DNA of 64,000 nt from Octopus bimaculoides (taxonomy: Eukaryota): positions 104,927,319-104,991,318 of the forward strand of contig NC_068985.1 of the NCBI RefSeq assembly GCF_001194135.2, in the 5' to 3' direction. Position 1 is the first letter of the stretch. Each line of letters starts with the position of its first letter. Below the pieces are notes generated by a model. The model did no database searches. It saw only the letters and a program-made list of their open reading frames with translations, and was not told the origin of the DNA. Made by a program: the position numbers and the translations under genes. Shown in pieces: positions 26,176-38,992 of the stretch.

Positions 26176-26675
26176 AGATAGTAAAAGATATGCATATGTA
26201 TCTTTGATCACCCCACAACCACCACTTACCCACTACACCCATCCTTCAATCCTGCTTAATCTATTTACTTATGTATTCAACACTTGTTCCCTTTCCATTA
26301 TATTCTCCCATCACACATCCCCCATTTTTAACCATTTCTCACTATCCCATACACTTATGCAACCTCTATCCACTGATCCTTGTTCTCCTGTCTCCACTTC
26401 TACTCGCCTCTTACTTTGAGGTTCCACCCTGACACCTCATTACCACTTATTTTATCTCTTTCCAGCCAAGCTCCGCCTCACTTATTTTCAGCCTTTCCTA
26501 CAATGTGAGTAACCATGTAACTCCTCTACAGCAAGAGACCTGTTCAGTTTTGGTCCTCCTCTCATACTTCAACCCCTCGTCTCCTAGCATAAAATCACTA
26601 TTACATCCCCACTTAGTTAAAGAGTATCTGTCAGGCAAGCTGCATGGCAACTCACTAGTGCTGATGAGACGCGTG

Positions 26676-26712
<37 letters not shown>

Positions 26713-28815
26713 TGTGAAGTAACTGATGCTAAGATGAGCATTGAACCATTAAACCATGCCATGGCAGACATTGGAGTATGACAGTTCTCAAACCCATCAG
26801 ATCCTGTCCACTGTCCAATCCCTGCTGGTACAGAACACAGACAATGAACAATGAAAATGATGATGGGGTAGGTAAAAAAAAAATCACTGACTTGATTAAT
26901 ATTAAATGCTATCTTGGTATAGCCAACATCTCTACATGCTTCAGTATAACCATAACCTCATACATACCAGATGAGTAATAAAAGAATCATTACATAGATA
27001 TGTACAATATGCACTAGTATATACAATAATACTACGTACAATAATAGAGAGTTGTAGAAATAAAAACACACAAAATAATTAGATTTTATTGCTCAACTTC
27101 ATTAAGTATGATGGCACTAATCTACTGATCAATGTTTTGTACAGTGTGTGTGTGTTTGGATATTTACTCAATCTTCACAACTAACTACTCGTAGCCAGTA
27201 TTTTACGCAAGTTTAATAAAACCAAAAACGTCTGGAGTTGCCTCCCTTATTTACCTAAGATTAAATATTCATTGAACTTATCTTGTATTGTTAAGCAAAC
27301 CTTTTTTTTCTTCTTTCTTTTTGCCTCACTACATTATATGATAGAGCTAACTTGCCCATTTGCGGAGTTATCTACAAACAGTTTCCATCAAGTTGGAGAA
27401 GTCTGAATCAATGTCTTTAAGAGGAGGTGTTAAAAGGGTTTTTAAAAAATGGTATCCATTATGAATTATGTAGTTACAAACATTTACCGTTAGCTTAAAA
27501 CTAATTTTCAGTATATTTTTTTCAAGTAATCGCTGAAGTAATCAATGTTAAGAAACGAAAATATTTACTATGGAAATGAAGTGCTGAGCTAAAGTAGCAC
27601 AACAAAGTAAACAGATTTGTGACAACAGGTCAAATTTTAGGCAATGCAACTTGCTCGTTTTCTAACCATGTGGTTTCAGGTTCAGTCCCACTGTGCAACA
27701 CCCTGGACAAGCGTTGTCTACTATAGGCCTGGGCCAACCAATGCCTTATAAATTTGGGAAGCAAAAAGTGTGTGGTGTGTGCGTGCGCATTTGGTCTGCA
27801 TATGCATGTGTGTATACGTTTGGTGTGGACGTGTGCGTGTGCGTTGTGCGCGTGTTAGATGTGTGCGGTGTTTGGTGTGTGTTTAGGGTTTGCGCGTGTC
27901 TGTTTGGTGTGTGTGAGAGAGAACTGTTAGTAGGTTTGTTTATATTGTTACAACTTAGGTCTGGCAAAAGAAACTGACAGAATAAGTACCAGATTCGATT
28001 TGTTCAATTAAGCCCTTCAAGAAAGTGCTCCAGCATGACCACAGCCCAACGACCAAACAGGTGTAAAAAAAATTAAGATACCAGATGCAAAGACATGACT
28101 AATCAGCAAATCTAAATAACTAATGAGATCAAAGTTGAGAAGCTTTGTTGTAATAAACTGCAATTTGGGTGTTGGTGATGAGAACGACTGAAGGAGGACA
28201 ATGGTGACAGAAATAGAGGTCTACAAGTTCAAGTTTAGGTGTAAGGAGGAGTTTGGGTGTACTGGGAGTATGAGTAATCATAAATATTAATTAGTAGAAA
28301 AATGGCAGGTTATGGTCATTCAGTATGAAAACAAAGAGTATTTTTACATACTGCACCAGTCAGGAGAAACTGAATATTTTGTGAATAATACAATCTCAAT
28401 AGATTCTGTCTGACCCATGAAGGCATGGTAAAGCAGATGTTAAATCAAAAGGTATAGCCTTAGCTGAGTGATTTAGAAGTTTATTTCCCAACTACATGGT
28501 TTCAAATTCAGTCATACTGCATAGCACCCTGGGCAAGTGTCTTCTGCTATAATCCTGGGCTCCATCATTCATGCATACTGGGGAAATATCTTACTTGGAA
28601 ACAGGTGAGGGTTGGTGGCAGGAGGTCAGGCATTAGTAAAAAATCTGCCTCAACAAATTCCGTCTGATCCATGCAAGTTAGAATTACGAGGACTCATCTG
28701 ATCTTCCCACAAAGAGACAAATCTGTGGTGGAAATTGGTCAGTCATTTAATCCCATTACATAACTTCACATAGCTATGGATCTAGAACCAAATGATACAG
28801 ATAAATGCTCTAAAG

Positions 28816-29523
28816 CAGTGCTTCTCAAACTATCTGATGTGGCCTACCAGCAGTTTTTTTTTCCAATGTGCCAGGGACTGGTAATATTTCTTAATATTAA
28901 TTTATACTGGAAACAATAATTAATATAAAAGTTGACAATTTTTTTTTATATTATACTTATTTTGTAAACAACACCGAGGTGATGACTACTGACAGAGACC
29001 TTTGGAAATGTGCTGTGCGTGAGAAGACCCGGCAAGTCAAGTAAGATCGTTGCCAGTGCCCATGGATTGGCTCTTGTGCGGGTGGCACACAAGATGTACC
29101 ATTTTGAGTGTGGTCGTTGCCAGTACCGCCTAACTGGCCTCCGTAGGATTTTCGAGCGAGATCGTTGCCAGTGCCCCTGGACTGGCTTGTGCGGGTGGCA
29201 CATAAAAGATACCATTTCGAGCATGGCCGTTGCCAGTATCGCCTGACTGGCCTTCGTGCAGGTGACACGTAAAAGCACCTACTACACTCTGAGTGGTTGG
29301 CGTTAGAAAGGGCATCCAGCTGTAGAAACTGCCAAATTTAGATTGGAGCCTGGTGTTGCCATCCGGTTTCACCAGTCCTCAGTCAAGTTGTCCAACCCAT
29401 GCTAGCATAGAAAGCGGACGTTAAACGATGATGATTTTATGTTTTTCTGGAAAATTGCCATGTGCCGGCAACTGATTGTTCGTAGACCGGCACCGATCTG
29501 TGGACCACCACTGAGTAGCACTG
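28816..29523. mobile_element. hAT (Charlie-like) MITE with perfect 8-bp TSD, interrupted by an RTE fragment
   Basis: TIRs cagtgcttctcaa / ctgagtagcactg. CTCTAAAG at 28808-28815 and 29524-29531. Confidence 0.8.
28972..29435 (+). mobile_element. 5'-truncated RTE LINE 3' end (ORF terminus, repetitive 3' UTR, (GAT)n tail)
   Basis: TEVMTTDRDLWKCAVREKTRQVK* (stop at 29042-29044), then a UTR with repeated cgttgccagt units and the tail ccaacccatgctagcat...ggacgttaaacgatgatgat. Confidence 0.75.
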
Positions 29524-29789
29524 CTCTAAAGTACTATTTAAATCTAACATTCTAGTATTTCTATCATCCAATCATCTTAAACATAGGGTAAAGTATTTCA
29601 GAAAGCGAAATATCATTAATGGGTGATCTTGATGCAGGATGTAAGGTGAACAAACAATTGAGAGAGATTGAAAGATTCTAAAATTTGAAAGAGCATGAAA
29701 GCAAATTATTTTAAGAAAAGGGAAAGAGGCTTTTACAGGATGACTGGAAGTATACCTTTTACCAGTTTTAGTCATTAGACTAAAGTCAC

Positions 29790-30109
29790 ACTTGGGCACC
29801 ACCTTGAATAGTAACCAAACAAATTGATCCCAGTATTTTTTCCCCTTTTTTAAAGCCTGGTACTTATTTTATCAGTTTCTTTTTGCTGAACTGCTAAGTT
29901 ATAGGGACATAAACACACCAACAGTGGTTGTTAAGTGGTGGTGGAGGACAAAGACATACAAGCTTTCACTTTTCATCTACCCAATCTACTCACAAGGTTT
30001 TGGTCAAGCCAAGGCTATAGTAAAAGACTTGCCCAAGGTATCATGCAGTGAGACTGAACCCAGAACTATGTGGATGGGAAGTAAACTTCTTACCACACAG
30101 CCATGCTTG
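29790..30109 (-). mobile_element. Decayed OR-like SINE
   Basis: Reverse complement of the SINE head and body (cttaccacacagccatg; gacttgcccaagg). Confidence 0.7.
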
Positions 30110-30397
30110 TTTGTACATATATAAAACTTACATATATAATCAAAAGTTGAATCATAATATATTTCTTGAGGGTTTTGCATAAACCTACTGCTCCCAAAAT
30201 ATGCAAATATATAAACTTGTAAAAAGTTAACAATTCTTAGCAAAGTAAAATGGGGCATAATTTAGCAATATATGAACAGACACCTCCACAAAGGTATGCA
30301 TGAAATTTTAAAGCAAAACTTGGATAGATTAAATGTTCTGCACTGAAAGAGGTGTATTTCAGTACACAGACAAGCTCAACAAATAATACAGACATAC

Positions 30398-30773
30398 AGG
30401 CACAGGCATGGCTGTGTGGTAAGTAGTTTGCTTACCAACCACACGGTTCTGGATTCAGTCCCACTGCATGGTACCTTGGGCAAGTGTCTTCCACTATAGC
30501 CTCGGACCGACCAAAGCCTTGTGAGTGGATTTGGTAGACGGAAACTGAAAGAAGCCCGTCGTATATATGTATATATATATATGTATGCGTGTTTGTCCCC
30601 ACCATCGCTTGACAACCGATGCTTGTGTTTACGTCCCCATAACTTAGTGGCTCGGCTAAAGAGACCGATAGAATAAGTACTAGGCTTACAAAGAATAAGT
30701 CCTGGGGTCGATTTGTTCGACTAAAAGCGGTGCTCCAGCATGGCCACAGTCAAATGACAAACAAGTAAAAGAT
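30398..30773 (+). mobile_element. Full-length OR-like tRNA-derived SINE
   Basis: Head tggctgtgtggtaagtagtttgcttaccaaccacacggtt...ttcagtcccactg, central ggaaactgaaagaagcccgtcg, tail gctccagcatggccacagtcaaatgac. Confidence 0.9.
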
Positions 30774-30908
30774 AGACAAGTGCAAGGTTAAACATTAAAA
30801 GTCATTAGTTACACAGAAAATTTGGCCTTATGATCAATTGGATTTTGTAATTGAATTTTAACTAGTTAGGGTTAGCTAAATAACAAAATTCAAAACACTT
30901 TTACTTAC

Positions 30909-30976
30909 ACCCAACGTCCAGTCAAATTGTTGTTCTCTGTTTGAGATTGTAAATCAATGTTGCTGGATAGAGTTAG
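30909..30976 (-). CDS. START-domain gene exon (LTLSSNIDLQSQTENNNLTGRW)
   Basis: ctctttctctttacag / gtaagt, 68 nt, phase 0-2. Confidence 0.88.
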
Positions 30977-31858
30977 CTGTAAAGAGAAAGAGAGCAATCT
31001 TAAGTGATTGAAAAATAAACATAATATATAGTAAGCCATCACTGGTTCCGTTTCATTTCATAAACTAGATAACTACCTGTCAGTTTCTAATTAGTTCAAC
31101 ATTCTGAACAGCTATTCTTTCCCTAACTTTATCTGCTCTGCTTCCAGCTAACCTAATGCAAAATATGCTTAGTGTATTTACCAATACATTATAAAATGTT
31201 GACTTCTCAATTATCTAAAAAGTTAACATCTTACTTTCCTGATTATAATTAATCTTACACACCTTACAAGCGTGAATGATGCAGAAGGCTTTTTTTTTTT
31301 TTCCCCCCCTTCTTGGAGCCCTAGCAGTGGTGAGGCCAGTTACTTAATTTTCATGGCATACAAGTGACTAAGATTACAACATTCCCCCTGAATGAGATGC
31401 TAGTCTGCTGCAGGGTTCAAGAACAATTTTGAGAAGGGATAAGTCAATTACATCAACCTTAGTACTCAACGGGTACTTTCTTTCACTGGTCCAAAAGGGA
31501 TGCAAAGCACAACCGACTTCAACAGGATTTTTACTCATTATATACATAGATCANNNNNNNNNNNNNNNNNNNNNNNNNNNNNNNNNNNNNNNNNNNNNNN
31601 NNNNNNNNNNNNNNNNNNNNNNNNNNNNNNNNNNNNNNNNNNNNNNNNNNNNNNNNNNNNNNNNNNNNNNNNNNNNNNNNNNNNNNNNNNNNNNNNNNNN
31701 NNNNNNNNNNNNNNNNNNNNNNNNNNNNNNNNNNNNNNNNNNNNNNNNNNNNNNNNNNNNNNNNNNNNNNNNNNNNNNNNNNNNNNNNNNNNNNNNNNNN
31801 NNNNNNNNNNNNNNNNNNNNNNNNNNNNNNNNNNNNNNNNNNNNNNNNNNNNNNNNNN

Positions 31859-32146
31859 GTGCGAGTGACACATGAGGTTTTTCGAGCGAGATCGTTGCCG
31901 GTGCCCCTGGACTGGCTCTTGTGCGGGTGGCACATAAAAGACACCATTTCGAGCGTGGCCGTTTTCGTGCGGGTGACACGTAAAAGCACCCACTACACTC
32001 TGAGTGGTTGGCGTTAGGAAGGGCATCAAATGCAGAAACTCTGCCAAATTAAATTGGAGCCTGGTGTTGCCATCCGGTTTCACCAGTCCTCAGTCAAATC
32101 GTCCAACTCATGCTAGCATGGAAGGCGGACGTTAAACGATGATGAT
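31859..32146 (+). mobile_element. Second copy of the RTE 3' UTR/tail
   Basis: Closely matches 29150-29435. Its 5' part is lost in the adjacent N gap. Confidence 0.75.
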
Positions 32147-33464
32147 TTAATAAAAATGCCTTTTCTACTGATTCAATTTCAAAGTGGTCTAAATTAAAAC
32201 TTTCCATCAAAATTTCATGCAAACTGATGTTCCAAACACTAGCTTAATAAATGACAGTTGATTACTAAATTCATTTTTTTAAAATCAAAACAAAGGCAAA
32301 ACACTTTCACAGAAATATGATAAACAGGCAGTAAAAGATGAACAGGAACTCTCCCAAATTTATCAATGACAATGTTTCTACCCATAAAGAAGCAAGAAAG
32401 CTTTTGTGTTTTTTAATCAAAGCAATATTTTTTTTAACAAGTATTTAAAGCTGTAAGTGAAAATAAGTTGAAGTACAATAGATGAAAGATAAACATTCAG
32501 GATATTATAAGTTGCATTCTGCTAATTAACTTTATTATATAAATGTTGTCAACAACCTTTGATCTACTTTTATCACACAATGATTAACATAGGAGCTTTT
32601 TCACAAGGAAATCAGATACAAAACTACATAAAACATTACAGGACGTCAGCACTAAGCAATAATGTGTATAAATAAAAAATTATTAGTTCAGATAAAACAT
32701 TATCCCAAGACACGTGCATGTAAAATGATCAGTGCAGTTAAGAAGCTTGCACTGCAATCACATGACTTCAGGTTCAATCCAACAGTGCAGCTTATAGTAC
32801 AGCCTTGGACAACCAAAACCTTAAGTGAATGCAGTAAGTGGAAACTGTGAAAGCCAGTTGTGTGGCTTATAAAAGGCTTACACTATTTCAAAAAGACGAT
32901 GGCAAAAGTGTCTGAACATATCTTCAAGGTACATGAAGGTGAATAAAAAGAGGCATGTGATAGATGGTTAGAGATAGGGGTAACAGAAGTGAATGTTGAA
33001 CAAGGTTGGAGGCATGGTTGATAGGAAACAAGTTGGGAGAGGAGCGAAAGAAATAAATGGCAGTACAGAAAAAGTGAGAGCAACAGTGTAATAAAACTGC
33101 AGAGGAAAGAGGGGGGAAAGGACGTGGGATGGGTGGGTAAAACAGGAGTGAGTGGAGAGGGAGATGTACAGTGACAAAGATGGAGGTCAGAGGCACAGAA
33201 GAATGGAAAGAGTAAGTGGCAAACAAAAGTGGAGAGGGGAAATAAATGGCAAACGTAATATGAGAGGGTGCCGAGAATGAGATGCTGTATTAAGATGTAG
33301 CTTAGGATGGAATGGTTGATCAATGGAAAATAAACTAAGAATATTGAAAATGAGGGATATGTTAAAAGGAAGTAGTTCCAAGAGAGGAATAGCCCAAATA
33401 ACACAAATGGTTTTATGTAATAGCCATTACAAGTAGTGTCAAAAGCAACTAAGAAAGAGCTTAC

Positions 33465-33526
33465 CTCTTTTAAGAGAGTAGCTGCTGCTTCATTAGCAAC
33501 TGTTTGGTAAAATACAAATCGATGAT
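33465..33526 (-). CDS. START-domain gene exon ((D)HRFVFYQTVANEAAATLLKE)
   Basis: ccctggttctag / gtaagc, 62 nt, phase 1-0. First helix of the C-terminal START domain. Confidence 0.9.
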
Positions 33527-33925
33527 CTAGAACCAGGGAAAAAGAAAAAAAGCACATGTAAGGCAAGGGAAAAAAACTGAAAATTAAAGAAAGCTTATTT
33601 CTTTAATGATGTAAGTAATCAAGTTCTGGTCTGTTTATTTCGGGTAATAAGCTCAAACTTATCTAGCACTTTTGAGATACATCTTAACTAAACAATTTAA
33701 TCACTCAAACTGAAAGGGAGTACCATTAATTCCATAGTTAATAAGTTAGTACCAGTGAAGTAATTAAGATAAAAAATATAGAAAACAAACTTGGCACCTA
33801 TCCAATATATGCTACACTTAAATCTTAATTACTAGTGGCCTGGTTAACTTAGAAAACAATATATATATATATATATTTTGGAAAATCCAATCAGAAAAAA
33901 AAAAAGAAATACTTGCTGCACATAC

Positions 33926-34714
33926 CCTTAGGTGAATTAGTAGGAATGTTATAGCCACCTTCTGGAACTGAAGCACTGCGTGGTAGTGAACCAGATACAG
34001 CATGTCCATTTGTCTTTGACTCCACTTCGTCTTCTGACACGCTATCCTTATCAGGATCTGTTAATTTATTCTGACTATCCAAAGTGTCTTTTGAAGATTT
34101 TACAGATCCAGATGATGCAGAAGAAGAGGTTAGACTGTGTGTAGAATCTTCTAAGCAACTAGCCATTAAATCTTCTGAAGGAAAGGTTAATGGTCGCAGA
34201 ATATCTTCAGTCTTTTGGCGGTCTTCTTTAGATAATATCATTTTGGAATTCACTGATGGTTTTTTTTCTAACAGTGACCTGAATCGATTAAAAAATCTAG
34301 TGTCCTTGCTATGACCAGATCTTCTGAAGGAAGCTGACCTCTGCATAAACATCCTATGATTGTCCACATGAAATAAAACGTATGGAAATGTTGGTGGATT
34401 TACTTTTTTGTACAAGAAAAAATTCTGAAGAGATCCAAGCAAACGAGAAGTTATGGCAGCTGTAGCAATTGGAGATTGGAGTTTTTCATGTACTAAAATA
34501 GTTATCAAGCACTGGAAAGTATCTGAAATAGAAAGAAAATTCATGTCTATGAAAGAAATGTCTGAGTGGGCAATCTTGTGATACCCTTTCAGATGGCCAG
34601 GACAATGAAATTCAGAAAAGCCACACACTATGTCATGTGGATTCTGTATAACAATTATGCCAAGGGTAACAAATTTCTGTGGAATAGTCAACCACTTAAT
34701 TGAATTTAACAGAT
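33926..34714 (-). CDS. START-domain gene large exon (end of the N-terminal START-like region plus Ser-rich linker)
   Basis: 789-nt open frame covering ORF 33891-34691. Acceptor aataagcag in phase 1, directly after an in-frame stop. Donor gtatgt in phase 1. Confidence 0.85.
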
Positions 34715-35479
34715 CTGCTTATTAAATTGTTAAACAACTGGAATACTGGATGTTGAAACTAATACCTTTGGTAGATATAAACATGCATAAACACAAAGAG
34801 AGACAGACACGCCGCCAGACGCACAACCAGCCAGACAGAGAGACAGACAGAGGCACAGACAGAGGCACAGACAGACGTACAAACAGACAAACCCATACAC
34901 ACACGCACACAAACGTGCGCACGCGCACACACAACACACGAACGTGCACACACACACAAACGTGCACACACCACACAACACGCACACACACAACAACACA
35001 TGCACGCAAACACACGTATGCACACAAACACACGTATGCACACAAACACACACAAATTGCTGATGGTAGTTGTAAGAAACTTCACTTAATATCACAACTT
35101 AGAGACAAAATTGAAGAAACTTAAAATCTCTGAAAATATTCCCCCACATTCAATGGTTGAAGTATTTTCATAAAATTTGAGTTCCTAATTCCACTAAGCT
35201 GGGGGGGGGGGAATTTTATTTTTTCTTAACCAAAAATTATGAATGAAATTTATTTTTAAATGTCATTTCAACTATATCAAAGCAAGTATTGTATTATGAC
35301 CGTTGTCCTATGTCTTTGGCAAAGACACTTAAGTTTCAATGACCCAACACATTGCTGTTGGTAGACACATTTTACTGCTGTAAGAAACAGTATTGCATTA
35401 CTGAGGTTTCATGAATTTACAATAGAGAGACAACCTTTTCCCATGAGCAAAAATTTATATCAGACTGGCCTTATATTTA

Positions 35480-36010
35480 GTCAGAAAAATGACCAAACTC
35501 AACATGAAAATCACTATCAGCCTTATAGCCTTCACTTCCAACATCTCAAAGTGAAAACAAGCAACAACAATCATTTTATCTGACATCCTGAGTCTCTTGC
35601 CTTCCTCGGTAACAAGTGTGGCTCCTGTAAAGCCAAACTATTGCGGACTAGCTCTGCCATGTTATTTGCAAGAGACCTCACACCATTTCAGGTTTGTTAT
35701 GAGTAATATCACTACATTTGACAGTGTCCTGCATGAGAAACTGCTTAACTAAATTGCACACCTACAGTCATCTATTTCTCATCACTTGTGTCAGAAGTTT
35801 CTTGCCAAATGACACCATGCACTGATCAGTCTCTTTAGTCATTAATATCTCTGGTGTACTTTAAGTTTCAATTACGTTTCCCCACGTTCTTCCTCCTCAC
35901 TCCTGTATACTAACATCTTACTCACTGACACTTCTACCAACACTCCTATGCAGATGACACCACTCTTCACTCCTCCATAACCTTCCAAAAGTGCCTGCCA
36001 TCCACTGTAA
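35480..36010 (+). mobile_element. Decayed CR1/L2-type reverse transcriptase fragment
   Basis: Motifs resembling YxPIALTSNISK, FDSVLHEKLL and (Y)ADDTTLH. Confidence 0.65.
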
Positions 36011-36799
36011 TCTAAACACTTCAAGTCAAAACCCACATCTTCCATGAATAGAGGCTAAGTAAAATATTCTCCAATTTTGTCTCTAAGTACCCCCAAATGT
36101 ACAATTTCAGCACATGAAAAAAAATTTCAAACGCTTGCTCCACTTTTAAACATCCTTCAAAGTCGCTTCAAGAACTGAACACAATCTCCGATAAGCTCTC
36201 CTGGAAATTCCGTTTACTATATTGCTTAAAACTACCATCCGAAAACTAGTTTTCCTATTCAGAATCAGAAAATACCTCACCTTCTGATCAGTTAACTTTC
36301 TAAAAAGCTTAATAGTCAAAGTATTGCTCACACATCTTAAAGGGTGTTACTGCTGTTGCTAAATAACATCTTAGGTTATAACCAAAAGAAAGCCATCAAA
36401 CTGCGGACTAGAGGTTTTAGTGTATTGATGAGTTGAGTTTTGCCAATCAGACTGTCACTTTACTGTCAAATTCTTTTGTCACTAAATGATCCCCACCACC
36501 ACCAGCTCTTTAGATTAAGCTAGTAGTATACCCTTCTATCCAAGCCTCTGACTAAACACTATACCACTTTTTCCTTCCTATATCAATTCCTGAGAATTTT
36601 CTTTCAATTCATGTCTTCTCACAGCCATCAATTTGAAATGTTTAAACTCAATCAACCAGATCACTCTCACCAGTCTCAGAGCCTGGTGAGTGTGATCACT
36701 GCCTCTTCCTGATGAAATTTTTCTATTAAAAAAGCTTTATATAAATATAAAAAAGAGTGAACAGCAATGAATTAAAGAGATAAAAAAATATTGATTTAC

Positions 36800-36894
36800 C
36801 TTTGAGAGGTTGAAATATATAAACTTTCCAGTCACCTGTTTTCTCATTGGATTCCAATAACCAACCACCTCCACTGTTATCACAATCCCAATAT
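36800..36894 (-). CDS. START-domain gene exon ((R)YWDCDNSGGGWLLESNEKTGDWKVYIFQPLK)
   Basis: gttttttccctag / gtaaat, 95 nt, phase 2-1. Links the flanking exons in frame. Confidence 0.88.
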
Positions 36895-37414
36895 CTAGGG
36901 AAAAAACCCATACAACTCATTGTCACAAAATTAGTCTTAATTACAGCAATAAGAAATAAAGAGCAGAGTTAAGAAACTGAAATAAGTCCTCCATCATGCA
37001 TGCATGTGTGCATGCACACGCAAGAGAGGGTGGGTGTGTGCTTCATTTTAAGATTGAGTGGTAATTGTAAAAAAAAAATGTACATCATACAGCTAATGTC
37101 ATTCATTTCGAAACTTTCGTGTGTGGGGGGGGGGGAATGTCCAATCAAGGAAATATTATCTTGCATGAAAACAAGTAGGGGTTGGTGAAAGGAAAGGTAT
37201 CAGGCCATAGAAAATTTACTTCAAGTCAATTCCATCTGGCACAACCACATATGGAAAAGAGCACATCAAAACTAAGATAATGAATGTGAAATTTGTGAAG
37301 AGCTACAATGCAAGCATATTTATTCTGGCAAATTATTTATCTTTAAGTAAGCATGAAGTAAACAGGTCAAGTCCTAAAGCTGAACCGTTCAAAGTTGGAA
37401 TAACTCAAACTCAC

Positions 37415-37683
37415 CTTTGCAATGTCACAGTTTCAGTATCAGTAATTGGCAGATGGCAAGGTATGCTATACGATTTTGAACCATCAGATACACTCTTTAA
37501 ATGTTCTTCAGCAATGACATCATAATTAGCCGACTTTGAAGAATAAGTGCTCGAAGACAAAGAAGGTGATGATCTTGGATCAGCTTTCTGTTTGCTGCTG
37601 CCTCGCAAAATGTACGATGTGGACATAACACCAGGCTTCCAACTCCATGTGTGGCTGATATCTTTTAGAACCTGGAATACAGT
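37415..37683 (-). CDS. START-domain gene exon (TVFQVLKDISHTWSWKPGVMSTSYIL...TDTETVTLQ)
   Basis: ctttgttatttgcag / gtgagt, 269 nt, phase 0-2. Confidence 0.88.
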
Positions 37684-38807
37684 CTGCAAATAACAAAGAA
37701 TTAAACATATTATGCATACATTAAATAAGCCAGAAATTTAAGATACACTCAATGTTCTTACATTGATCTATAAAACATTTCAATGTAATAATTATGAAAA
37801 CAAAAAGATTGTAATAAAAATTATTTGTTTCATAATTGTATCTTATTTTGAAAATATTCAAATTGATGGTTCATTGGAAGTCTTAAAGACCAACTTGAAA
37901 ATTTGTTAAATGGGCTTGATAAATTGATAATTTAAGACAAATTGGTTAAGGTAAACAAAACTACATTTATTAACCTTTTAGTACACCTAATTACTGCTGA
38001 ATTTAAATTAGATTCCACAAATATCAGAAGTTTCCCTATTAAGATTTCATTGCACTTTTGCCAGAGTGTTAATGTTTACACTATGTTGGCAATGACACTA
38101 ATGTTGACAATGTTTAGTTTCATTTACTCCCTGCTTGCACAACGAGCAAGTCCATCCTTTCCAAATTTGTATGTGCACTTAGCTATTTACTAATTTTTTA
38201 TCTTAATCGCATTATTAATTAGATCTGACTCTGGCCCATTCTTTTTAGTTTCAAAGTTTATGCAGTTCTTTGACAAATAAGCCAAGTTATATAAAAATAC
38301 TCATGAAAAATAAAACAGTATTCTAGGTTACAAGTTGAATGTACTTTGCTGCAGACACTAATTTTAATAGCTTGCTATCTATTTGTTAGTAGATAGTGGA
38401 CAATAGAATGGCTCACTGCAATAATTAGTAGTAGCAATATAATAGTGAATGCTTCATTAGTTATACGATGGATGCAAGTCTTGTAAGTTTGAGCCAAGTT
38501 TAAATAATGCAACACGACTTCAAAATTGAACATCACTACTCCTGAATGCATTAAAACTGTTAAAGACATCCAGTCCCAAACACAGGTGGAAAGTAGGATG
38601 AGAACTTGCTCTGAATGTAAATTCAAATTGTTCCAACAATATATAACACCCGAATTTTCAAAATCTTCCAATCATGCAAGCAAGAAAATATCTTAAGTTT
38701 ACAATAGAGTTTAGCTTGCTGAAGGAATACAAGATTTGTTTCCAGAATTTTTTTTTCTTCTTTTTTCCCTAACCAATCAGTTTTTAAGCTGACAGTATTG
38801 TACTTAC

Positions 38808-38948
38808 CATTGATGATACTGCAACTCCACCAAAAGAAGCAAAGACTGTAATGCTAGCACCAGATATGGTAAAGTTGTGCCACCATATTCTAGTACCATT
38901 ATCAAAAGAATACAGCGTCCATCCTTGAAGTGTATCAACAGGAAGAGG
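38808..38948 (-). CDS. START-domain gene exon (PLPVDTLQGWTLYSFDNGTRIWWHNFTISGASITVFASFGGVAVSSM)
   Basis: tttttcctttaag / gtaagt, 141 nt, phase 0-0. Confidence 0.9.
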
Positions 38949-38992
38949 CTTAAAGGAAAAAAAAAAAAAATTTATATATATATATATATACA

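Noticed and set aside
32883-33464. 227-aa ORF 32883-33566
   Set aside because: Only 33465-33526 is exon. The rest is low-complexity pyrimidine-rich intron on the minus strand.
34353-34355. Alternative phase-2 acceptor inside the large exon
   Set aside because: First considered, but exon 36800-36894 plus the acceptor at 34715-34716 explains the whole open frame. It remains possible only as a minor isoform.
34722-35124. Four overlapping ORFs
   Set aside because: Compound (CA)n/(GACA)n microsatellite. The same applies to 27693-27977.
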